Shown: piece after piece, positions 8,295 through 16,411 of the stretch
How the letters are laid out: each line of letters begins with the position of its first letter
Numbering within the stretch: the first letter of the stretch is position 1
DNA from: Gammaproteobacteria bacterium
GTDB taxonomy: Bacteria; Pseudomonadota; Gammaproteobacteria; HK1
Direction: 5' to 3'
Assembly: GCA_012103455.1 (NCBI GenBank)
Contig: WLWT01000001.1
Coordinates: 2,795,288-2,859,287 of the forward strand
DNA length: 64,000 nucleotides
The notes under the pieces: generated by a model
What the model was told of the DNA's origin: nothing
Databases searched by the model: none
What the model saw: only the letters and a program-made list of their open reading frames with translations
Program-made: the position numbers and the translations under genes

Positions 8295-11200
8295 TGTTGG
8301 CCATCTTCACCACTTGCTGGCCAATCAGGGCGCCGGGTGCCGCACCCACGCCCAGGCCTAGTGCGCCGATCCCCGCGCCCACCGCCGCGCCACCGAGGCG
8401 CAGCGCGGTTTCTTCTATGGCCGCCTGTTCCGCCTGTTCCGCCTGTTCGTGCCGGCCAAATAGCGTCAGGACGCCCGACTCGGCGTAGGGAATACCGGCG
8501 GTCCCGGCCGCCGCGGACAGGAGTTGGGGGGCGGCGCTGCTCACCCGGTCCCAAAAGCTGGGCCGTTTTTCATAGCTGGTTCGTTGGGCGGTTGAGTTGT
8601 TGTGGATGGAACCGGTGGCCACGGTGCCGAAGGGGTCGACGAACATGACCGGGTTGTTGGCGGCATAGGCGTATTGGTTGACGCCATCGACAAAGCCTAG
8701 TGGGTCGCGCTGGGTGAACCGGCCGGTCCCGGGGTCGTAGTAGCGCGCCCGGTAGTAGAGCAGGCCGGTTGCATCCGCTTCGCGGCCGGTGTAGCCGAAG
8801 CGTTGCAGGTGGCCGCTACGGGTCACGACAGTGCCCCAGGCGTCGTATTGGTGGGCGCCCAGTAGGGTGCCGGCGGCATCGGTCATGGCCACGACGGAGC
8901 CGAGGCCGTCTTGTTGGTAAAACTGGCTGGCGCCGTTGGCGTCGGTGTGGATGAGCGGGTTGTCGATGCCGGCGTGGGTATAGCGGCCCGCCGCTTGGGT
9001 CCAGGTGCCGCCGTAGTCGGCCACTAGGTTGGCGCCCGAGTAGATAAACCGCTCGGTCGCCGCGCCTTGTCGTTTCTCGATGCGCCGGCCGCCGGGGTCG
9101 TATTGGTAGGTCTCGAGGGAGCCATCGTCGAGCTCGGCGCTACTCAAGCGGTCCAGGGCGTCATAGTTGAGTGTCAGGACGGGCAGTACGCCGCTGGCCA
9201 GTTGGCGGGTCAGGTTGCCGTTGTCATCGTATTCGTAGCCCATGTCCGTGCTGGCGCCGCTATCGATAGTGAGCAATTGATGGGCGGCGTCGTAGGTGTA
9301 GGTGCGAACGCCATCACCGTTGTCTTGGGTGGCGCGGTTGCCGTACACGTCGTAGGTGTAGGCGCCGATGAGCGAGTCATCAGTGGCGTCGGTTACCTGG
9401 GTCAAGCGGTCGAGCGGGTCGTAGGTGTAGCGCCGTTCGCGGGTGGCGCCGCCGAGGGTCTGGGCGTAGGTGTCGCGCAGTCCGGCGGCGTTGTAACTGT
9501 AGGCGTGGCTGCTGATCTGCGAGCCGTCAGCGCGGCGGTTGACGAGGCGGCTCAAGGTGTCGTCGGCGTTGTAGTGATAGCGCGTGGCCAGGCCGTTATC
9601 GAACCAGCGCTCGGTGAGGCGCCCAGCGGCGTCGTAGCCGAAGTTGACCAGGGTCCCGTTGGGCGCCCAGATAGTGGCCAGGCGGCCTACGGGATCGTAC
9701 AGGTACTGGGTGAGGTGGCCTTCACCGTCACCCATGGTATTGAGCAATCCGCCGGCGCTGTAGTGGTATTCGATGCTTTTCCCGCCGCGGTGATCGGCTT
9801 GTCGCACGAGGCGGTGAGCGGTGTCGTATCGGTAGCTGTAGGTGACTTCCGGTGCTTCGACTTGGGTGACTTGGCCCAGGGCGTTGCGGGTGTAGCGGGT
9901 GGTGTGGGGGGTTGCATCCGAGGCATGGCGGTAAGCCCGGCGCTCGGTCACATAGCCGCCGTAGGCGTAGTCGCGTTCGACTCGCTGCCCTTTGGGGTCC
10001 ACCAGGGTGATGAGGTTGTCGTGGAGGTCGTAGGTGAACGTCCAGGTGTTGCCGTTGGCGTCGGTCTGTGAGAGTTTGCGCCCGAAGTCGTCGTAGGTGT
10101 TGATTTGCTGAACGGTGGTGAGGTCGGCGCCCGCGTTCGTGCCGCTGGTCTGGGGGGTATGGCCGGCGGCTATTTGCACCCTGTTGCCGAGGGCATTGTA
10201 TCGGTAGGTGGTGACCGGGCGGATGGCCGGAAGATCGGGGGCTGCGTTGTGCAACGGACCGGCCACGCGCACGACCCGGCCCAGGGCATCGTATTGGGTG
10301 TGGGTATCGCGGCCCAGATGGTCCACTACGCGCGTGACACGGCCGACTGCGTCGTATTCGAAATCGACGTACCGGTTGAGCGGCGAAGTGCGCCGCCTGA
10401 GCCTGCCGTCTCCGGCGGCGCCATAGTAGGTGTGCTGTATTTGATGGCCGTTGGGATCGGTGATGGAGCGCACTCGGCCGATGGCATCGTAGTCGCGTAC
10501 CACGGCGTGGCCTTCTTCGTCGTAGACGCGCACGGCACGGTTCAACGCGTCGTAATCGATGGAGGTACGAAAGCCGTCGGCATCGACCACGGCGGTGAGG
10601 TTGCCCAGGGCGTCGTATTCCGAGCGGGTGACAAAACCACCGGCATCGATGCTTTGGACGGGCCGGTCCAGGGCGTCATAGAGGAATCGGGATTGGTCAA
10701 CCACCGCCGGGGTGCCGCCCGGCGTTGTGACCGTCAGGCGGTGGCCGGTCATGTTGCCGTTGGCGTCAAACCGATAGCGCCGCGGCCACCCCTGGGTGTC
10801 GGTGGATAAGACCAGGCGTCCGGCTCGATCGTAGTGGTGCTCGGAGCGGTACCAGTTGTCGTCGATGCTCGCCGTGGGCCGCCCTAGGGCGTCGTAAGAT
10901 TGTGTGACTTGCCGGCATTCGGTGGACCGCTCGATGCGCGCGTCGCCATCGAGGTCGCCGCACCGGCGTACGGTGACCGGATTGAGCCCGCTGGTGGCGT
11001 TGGCGGTATCGGTGTAGTCGAACTCCGCCGTTGGGCCTTGTTGTGTTTGAAAATCTCTAATGCGCTTGATGATGAGCGGATTGCCGTGGGCATCGAAGGT
11101 CTGTTGAGTCCAGCTCAAGATCGCGGCCGGCACGGGCTCCCACGTGGCCGGATCATAATGCGCGCCGGTGTTCGCCTTCAGTACGAGAGTCTGGGTGATA

Positions 11201-14200
11201 TTACCGGCGGCATCGGACTGATGGAGGGTGATGTTGCCGTTGGCGTCCTTGACCTTCATGGCTTGGGCAAAGGCGTTGAAATGGCTGTATTCGGTGGTCG
11301 CGCCGGAGGGAGCGGTGATGCGCGTGACGTTGCCGTTGGCGTCGTAGTCGTAGCGGGTGGTCAAGCCGGCGGCATCGGTGCGGGCGATTTCATGGAACGG
11401 GGCGAGTGGGTCGTACGTATGTGCCATGCGCCCGCCGTTCTCATCGATGGTGAGGGTGGGGCTGCCGTTCTCATTGAAGAAATAACGCTTGACGAAGCCG
11501 CGCTCATTGGTGGTGGTGGCCTCGCGGCGATAGTCGTTGTCAGTGAAGGTCAGGGTGCCGCCCCGATCATCGGTGTGGCGCAACACCCGTCCATTGCTGT
11601 AGTACTCGAAGGTCATGCCGTTGCCGTTGGGCTTTTGGGAACGGCGCAGGGCGTGATTGAGATTCACCCCGTCGGCGAGGCCGTAGTACTCGTACGTCAG
11701 GCCCGGTTGCTGGCCGCTGGCCGCGAGCGGGTTATCGACGCGCTCCAACTCGCCGTCGGCGTTGTAGTGGTAGCGCCACTCGCGCCCCGTCGAGGGGTAG
11801 GTCCAGTCACGCAGGTGGGTCAGGCGATGGGCCGAGTCGTACAACAAGGTGATGACCCGGTCGAGGTCATCGGTGACGGTGTCCAGGGTACCGGCTGGGC
11901 CGTAGTCGAAGCGAAGGCCGTTGCCATTGCGGTCTTCGAGGCGCAGCACGCGGGCTGTTTGGCCGACCGTGCCGGGGACATTCTCGAAGAAATAGCTGAA
12001 GCCGTTTTTCTCCCGAATGCGATAGCGCCCATCGGGCTCGCGGCTGGCGGCGAAATAAAAGCCCTGCGGTGGGGTGAACGCGGCGCCGATGGCGACACCG
12101 CCGGCGGCGCCAGCGACGGGGATGAAGCGCTGTCCGCCATCACCGGTGGTCCAGGTGACCGATGAGGTCAGGGTGTCCTCGTCAGAACCTTCCACATCGG
12201 CATCGCCATCGCTGTCCTCGAAGGTCAGGAAGTGATTGAAACTGTGCGTCCAGCCGTAACCGAGGGGCGCCGTTGAGGCGTTGGGATGGGCGGCGGCCAG
12301 ACTGTTGTAGGTGCGTTGAAAGGAGATAGGCAGCCCGCCGCGGCCCATGACCCGCAAGTCCTGCTCGATATCGAACAGGTTGCCGGTGGCCATGTTCACC
12401 GGATCACCGCCGCGCGAGGTGCCGTGGGTGGTGCCGTAGTTGATCATCGAGTTGAGGGTGGCCGGGGCGAGCGCCGTGGGCGTGGACGCGCCAGGGGCAC
12501 CGGCGCGGCGGGCCGGCAAGCGGTAGGTGGGGGCGCTGGGCGTGCGGTTGACCGTGTAGCCACCAGCGAAGGGTCCGATTTTGTAGGTGGCGCTCAAGCG
12601 GTTACCGGACTGGCGCGTGGCCACGTAGATTTGGCCGGTCCATTCACCGTAGTCGATAAGACTGACGGGGATTTTGATGTCATGGCCACTGTTGAGCAGC
12701 CCTTGGAGGGTGTTCTTGGTCGCTTGGCTGTAGTCGAGCGCGCCCTCGCCGACCTGTAGCTTGGGCCACTCGGTCGCTTGGTTGGCGGCATTGATGTCCA
12801 GCACTTCGATGCCGCTGTCGTTGGCGAATTGCAGGCCGCGCACGGCGCTGACCGCGTCCATGCGGGCGTTTTCCTGCCACACATAGGATTCGAGCGCAGA
12901 CAAGGCATAACCACCCAAGACGAAGGCTTCAAAGGAGGTCCGGCCGGTCTCCAGATGGGTGCTGCGCGACTGGCCGCCGGGCACGTCGATGAGGAAACCG
13001 CTGTTGGTGACGGCGTAGGGCAAGTCGAACAGATAGCTCACCTCCGTGCGGCTGGCGGTCAAGCCAATGTGCAGTCCGCTTTGGCCGGACTCGCCGTACA
13101 AGCGCCCGACCCGGTGGTACGCATCGGCGATGTAGTGCAGATACTTGAGGCCCACCAGATGCAAAAACTCCCCTAGCGTCGCCTCCTTGTCCTCGGCTGG
13201 GTCGGGGGTGTTGTTGATCCCTTCGAGCAGCCGGGCGGCGCGCGCCTGAATCAAACGCTCGGAGGTCTGATGGCTGTAGAGGTGCAGGGCGTGATAATCG
13301 AAGGCCGAGAGCGTGTCGAAGCGGGTGGCGTTGAGGGTGGCGCCCCCGAGTTGTACCTCGAGCGATAGGGTGCGTTTGGGCAAGCGATCGACCCGCACCA
13401 CATTGGGGTCGAGGGTGGTGCCGCCGTACCACTCGTTGAGCGCGAAGTAACAGGTGGGCGCGGAGGTCGGGTCGAGGTTGACGGCGGCCCCGTCCACTTT
13501 GAGCACCGGAGTGTGATCCCGGACGCACTGAACGGCCCCGTTGCGCTGGATATAAAGCGCACTACCAGGGCCGTAGCGCGCCTCCAGTTGGCGCAGGTAG
13601 GCGCGGCGCTCGGCGTCCAGCGAGCCGCCGGTGCCGGGTTGGAAGGCGAGGGTGAGCCGTTTGAGGGCGATGGCCGGTACATCCAACACGGCATGGCCCA
13701 AGGTGGCGTTGCTTTGGGCGTTGCCCACGTCGATGGACAGCGTATAGCGGTGTTTGGCGGGCAGGGCCGCGGTCTCGGCGGTGGCGGTGCCATCCCAGGC
13801 CAGGTATTGCCTGACCTCATAGGGCAAGGTGGCGGGCAAGATATCGAGGGTGAGCGGCTCGGTGCGCCCGGTATAGGGCACATCGGCCAAGGTGTTGTTG
13901 CCGTAGCGCGGCGCCAGGGTTCGGATATGGGCTTGGACCTGCGCCTCGAACTGTTCGTGGGGCAACAAAAGAGTGCGCGTGCTCAGATAGCTGGCATAGT
14001 CGAACGATACATCGATGGCGATGCCGTCTTGATAGGCGCGGTTCTTGAAAGCGGTATCGATGGGCACCCAGCGGTGGCCGCGGTTATTGGCGCCGGAGCC
14101 CCGATAGTTCCGGTACGGGATACACGCCTCGACCCACACCTGGGTGAAGAAGACGTTATCTCCGGAGCGGCTCGTCGGGATTTGACCCGAAGCCAACAGA

Positions 14201-15582
14201 GCCGCGGCACCGGTTGCGGACCGGGCGCCTAGCCAGCGGTAGAGCCGCTCGTCGTTGTAGAAAGCGACCTGGCCCTTGACGTAGCGCGCCGGGATGTTCG
14301 AGGCGCGCAACAGCGCGAGGGTGAGCGAGGCGTGATCGGTGGCGTTGGCGGCACCGCTGATGAGCGCGCCCTGAGCGCCTTTGAGTGAGCCGAAATACGC
14401 TTCGAAATCAATCTCATTGCTGACGTACTCGATGATGCGCACGGGCGAATAGCCGAGCGATTGGGCCAGCGCGGCGATGTCCGGTGTGACGGCGACCTCG
14501 GCATGGACAGTGGCGGCGGGGCGGCCTAAGTCCGCGGCGGTGTAGTCGCAGGTGGCCGCTTCAGAGGGGGTGGCGGGCGGTTGGCCGACCGTGATGAAGC
14601 GGGCAGGGGGGGTGAAGCGGCCAAGGTCTGAACGGCCAGGGTCTGAACCGCTGGGGCCTGAACTACTGGGACCGAAGCCGGCGCCGTCGGTGCCCGCGGT
14701 GGTGAATTGGGCGGCAGGGAAGCGGGCCGGTGCAAAGCGCGCCAGGGTGTGGCCGTCCAGTAAGCCATCGAAAGCGCCCACCCGGCGGGCGCGCGCGTGT
14801 CGCGGCGGCGGCGCGGGCTTCGAATCATCGTCGCGCAATACCGGCCGTTCATGGTGCACGGTGGGCTGGTTTTCATTGAACGGTGGCGCCACGTAGCGCC
14901 GTGGCGCCGGGATATTGGGCACCCCTGCGGTGCGCGCCTGACGCCGGCTGCTTTCGACCCGTTGTCCCCGGCGCCATTGGCGCAGCGCCTTGCGCGCCTC
15001 GGACAGGGCCCGGCCTTGTGCCTTGGGGGTTCGGGCCTGGTGGATGGCCCGCAAGGTCGCGAGCACCTCTTCGAAGCGGCGCTGCACGCGGGCGGCGAAC
15101 CGGGGACGCTGGCTGCCCGGTTGGCGCGTAACCTTTTCAATCAGTGCCGGGCGCAACTCGGCAATGGCCGTGATATGGCGCTGAAGCTGGACTTTGGCTT
15201 GGGTGGACAGCAAGGCCCCGGTAGGCGTCGCCCGGCGAATGCGCCGCAGCGTCCTGCTGGTGTCCTTGAGCGTTGCGACCAACTCATGGGAGGTGGTGTC
15301 CAGGGCGCGCACCAGAGAGGCTTGCACGGCGCTGGCGATCAGTTCGCTATGAATGCGCCGGCCCTTGTTGCGCTCCTGGGCGCCAGCGCCGGCCATGGCG
15401 AGGAGTGCCAGTAGGGCGCCTAGCGTTATGGCCAGCGCAAGACGCCTGCCGATGGCCGTGTGTATTCTTATGGCTTGGTCGAAATATCGGTGCTGGGCAA
15501 CAGACCGCGCGAGGCCGAGTGGAGATTGAATGAACTGAGCGGGCGTGAGCCAAGTCGCCAAATAGGTGATTGCACCAAGCAT
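8152..15582 (-). CDS. rhs: RHS-repeat polymorphic toxin (2476 codons): N-terminal leader with Sec-like hydrophobic segment, degenerate transglutaminase-like domain, YD repeats, RHS core YYDPGTGRFTQRDPLG, start of pretoxin-HINT (CSFPAGTPV). The reading frame breaks inside the HINT domain.
   Basis: Numerous YD/RHS repeats (YxYDxxGxL). The core motif is at ~8700-8760. The ORF stops prematurely at 8152 within the HINT domain, unlike the intact orphan copy. Confidence 0.85.
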   Translation of the reverse strand: MLGAITYLATWLTPAQFIQSPLGLARSVAQHRYFDQAIRIHTAIGRRLALAITLGALLALLAMAGAGAQERNKGRRIHSELIASAVQASLVRALDTTSHELVATLKDTSRTLRRIRRATPTGALLSTQAKVQLQRHITAIAELRPALIEKVTRQPGSQRPRFAARVQRRFEEVLATLRAIHQARTPKAQGRALSEARKALRQWRRGQRVESSRRQARTAGVPNIPAPRRYVAPPFNENQPTVHHERPVLRDDDSKPAPPPRHARARRVGAFDGLLDGHTLARFAPARFPAAQFTTAGTDGAGFGPSSSGPSGSDPGRSDLGRFTPPARFITVGQPPATPSEAATCDYTAADLGRPAATVHAEVAVTPDIAALAQSLGYSPVRIIEYVSNEIDFEAYFGSLKGAQGALISGAANATDHASLTLALLRASNIPARYVKGQVAFYNDERLYRWLGARSATGAAALLASGQIPTSRSGDNVFFTQVWVEACIPYRNYRGSGANNRGHRWVPIDTAFKNRAYQDGIAIDVSFDYASYLSTRTLLLPHEQFEAQVQAHIRTLAPRYGNNTLADVPYTGRTEPLTLDILPATLPYEVRQYLAWDGTATAETAALPAKHRYTLSIDVGNAQSNATLGHAVLDVPAIALKRLTLAFQPGTGGSLDAERRAYLRQLEARYGPGSALYIQRNGAVQCVRDHTPVLKVDGAAVNLDPTSAPTCYFALNEWYGGTTLDPNVVRVDRLPKRTLSLEVQLGGATLNATRFDTLSAFDYHALHLYSHQTSERLIQARAARLLEGINNTPDPAEDKEATLGEFLHLVGLKYLHYIADAYHRVGRLYGESGQSGLHIGLTASRTEVSYLFDLPYAVTNSGFLIDVPGGQSRSTHLETGRTSFEAFVLGGYALSALESYVWQENARMDAVSAVRGLQFANDSGIEVLDINAANQATEWPKLQVGEGALDYSQATKNTLQGLLNSGHDIKIPVSLIDYGEWTGQIYVATRQSGNRLSATYKIGPFAGGYTVNRTPSAPTYRLPARRAGAPGASTPTALAPATLNSMINYGTTHGTSRGGDPVNMATGNLFDIEQDLRVMGRGGLPISFQRTYNSLAAAHPNASTAPLGYGWTHSFNHFLTFEDSDGDADVEGSDEDTLTSSVTWTTGDGGQRFIPVAGAAGGVAIGAAFTPPQGFYFAASREPDGRYRIREKNGFSYFFENVPGTVGQTARVLRLEDRNGNGLRFDYGPAGTLDTVTDDLDRVITLLYDSAHRLTHLRDWTYPSTGREWRYHYNADGELERVDNPLAASGQQPGLTYEYYGLADGVNLNHALRRSQKPNGNGMTFEYYSNGRVLRHTDDRGGTLTFTDNDYRREATTTNERGFVKRYFFNENGSPTLTIDENGGRMAHTYDPLAPFHEIARTDAAGLTTRYDYDANGNVTRITAPSGATTEYSHFNAFAQAMKVKDANGNITLHQSDAAGNITQTLVLKANTGAHYDPATWEPVPAAILSWTQQTFDAHGNPLIIKRIRDFQTQQGPTAEFDYTDTANATSGLNPVTVRRCGDLDGDARIERSTECRQVTQSYDALGRPTASIDDNWYRSEHHYDRAGRLVLSTDTQGWPRRYRFDANGNMTGHRLTVTTPGGTPAVVDQSRFLYDALDRPVQSIDAGGFVTRSEYDALGNLTAVVDADGFRTSIDYDALNRAVRVYDEEGHAVVRDYDAIGRVRSITDPNGHQIQHTYYGAAGDGRLRRRTSPLNRYVDFEYDAVGRVTRVVDHLGRDTHTQYDALGRVVRVAGPLHNAAPDLPAIRPVTTYRYNALGNRVQIAAGHTPQTSGTNAGADLTTVQQINTYDDFGRKLSQTDANGNTWTFTYDLHDNLITLVDPKGQRVERDYAYGGYVTERRAYRHASDATPHTTRYTRNALGQVTQVEAPEVTYSYRYDTAHRLVRQADHRGGKSIEYHYSAGGLLNTMGDGEGHLTQYLYDPVGRLATIWAPNGTLVNFGYDAAGRLTERWFDNGLATRYHYNADDTLSRLVNRRADGSQISSHAYSYNAAGLRDTYAQTLGGATRERRYTYDPLDRLTQVTDATDDSLIGAYTYDVYGNRATQDNGDGVRTYTYDAAHQLLTIDSGASTDMGYEYDDNGNLTRQLASGVLPVLTLNYDALDRLSSAELDDGSLETYQYDPGGRRIEKRQGAATERFIYSGANLVADYGGTWTQAAGRYTHAGIDNPLIHTDANGASQFYQQDGLGSVVAMTDAAGTLLGAHQYDAWGTVVTRSGHLQRFGYTGREADATGLLYYRARYYDPGTGRFTQRDPLGFVDGVNQYAYAANNPVMFVDPFGTVATGSIHNNSTAQRTSYEKRPSFWDRVSSAAPQLLSAAAGTAGIPYAESGVLTLFGRHEQAEQAEQAAIEETALRLGGAAVGAGIGALGLGVGAAPGALIGQQVVKMANSARRLYGIVRGIFKGTCSFPAGTPVLTEQGLVPIESLPERGLSLFTP

Positions 15583-15669
15583 GCCTGCTGTTCCGTGACC
15601 GGGTTGGGGCTCGTAATCCTAGAGCCGCGTACGTCCTGTTATGAAACTGGGTGTACGCGGGCTGCTGCA

Positions 15670-15703
15670 CTGTGGGCACATCTTGACTGTGGGTACATCT
15701 TGT
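15670..15703. repeat. tandem 17-bp direct repeat (ctgtgggcacatcttga x2) upstream of rhs
   Basis: Seen directly. Lies ~90-120 bp upstream of the rhs ATG in the divergent intergenic region. Confidence 0.4.
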
Positions 15704-15959
15704 TGCGCAGGCAGTGGCAGCGTTCTAGGTGGCGTTGAGTGTACGCGGTATTGGGTAGGGAATGAATACCGATATGCTTACTATGCATCCAGTGAGTCAA
15801 TACAAAAAACCCTTGTGTTAACTCCTCTGATGCGAGGTATGATTGCGCCGTCTTGAGGACTCGGCCGCATCCAGGATGTGGCGTGTGCTCATGGTTTGTA
15901 CGGCGAGCTACGGCTTGGAACAGTAGCAGATGGAGTTAGCGGAATAGGTAGGCGGCACA

Positions 15960-16373
15960 ATGATGGTGAAGTGGGTGAAACGGTGCATATTGGTCTGCGC
16001 CATGACCCTGGCCTGCGCGATACCTGCGCTCGCTCAAGAGTTCGAGCCGAAAACGATCCCGCCCGAAACGATCCCGCCCGAAACGATCCCGCGATTCGAC
16101 CTCAAAACCATCCGGGACTCGCGTCCACTTCCCGCTTTTGATGCTACCCGAACGGATGCCGTTGGTTGTGCGGGTTGCGAGGTCATTGATGCAAAGCCTG
16201 TAGCTGCCGTGGCGCGGCCGCCGATTCGCAGGGCACAAGAGAAGACCAAAGCCGCAACAAGCAGGGCGGCGAAAAAGCGCTGCGAATTTGAGGCGAGTGC
16301 GCAAAGCCGAGCCTTTACCTTCTCCAATCAGCGGCTTACCGTTCAAGTGAACACTTGTAGCGCGGCGCAGTAG
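15960..16373 (+). CDS. small putative secreted protein with PETIP tandem repeats
   Basis: Signal-peptide-like N-terminus MMVKWVKRCILVCAMTLACAIPALAQE. 15-nt repeat ccgaaacgatcccgc x3 (16037-16083) encodes PETIPPETIPPETIP. Lies between two divergent giant genes. The coding status is uncertain. Confidence 0.3.
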   Translation: MMVKWVKRCILVCAMTLACAIPALAQEFEPKTIPPETIPPETIPRFDLKTIRDSRPLPAFDATRTDAVGCAGCEVIDAKPVAAVARPPIRRAQEKTKAATSRAAKKRCEFEASAQSRAFTFSNQRLTVQVNTCSAAQ

Positions 16374-16411
16374 GGCCGAGTGATTGCCACTTAATCGAGA
16401 GCATTGCTAGT

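Noticed and set aside
8337-15414. Long alternative-frame and antisense ORFs inside rhs (e.g. 10900..12165 +, 9067..10071 +, 12929..13528 -)
   Set aside because: High-GC artefacts overlapping a well-supported RHS-repeat ORF. Products are Arg/Ala/Gly-rich with no motifs.
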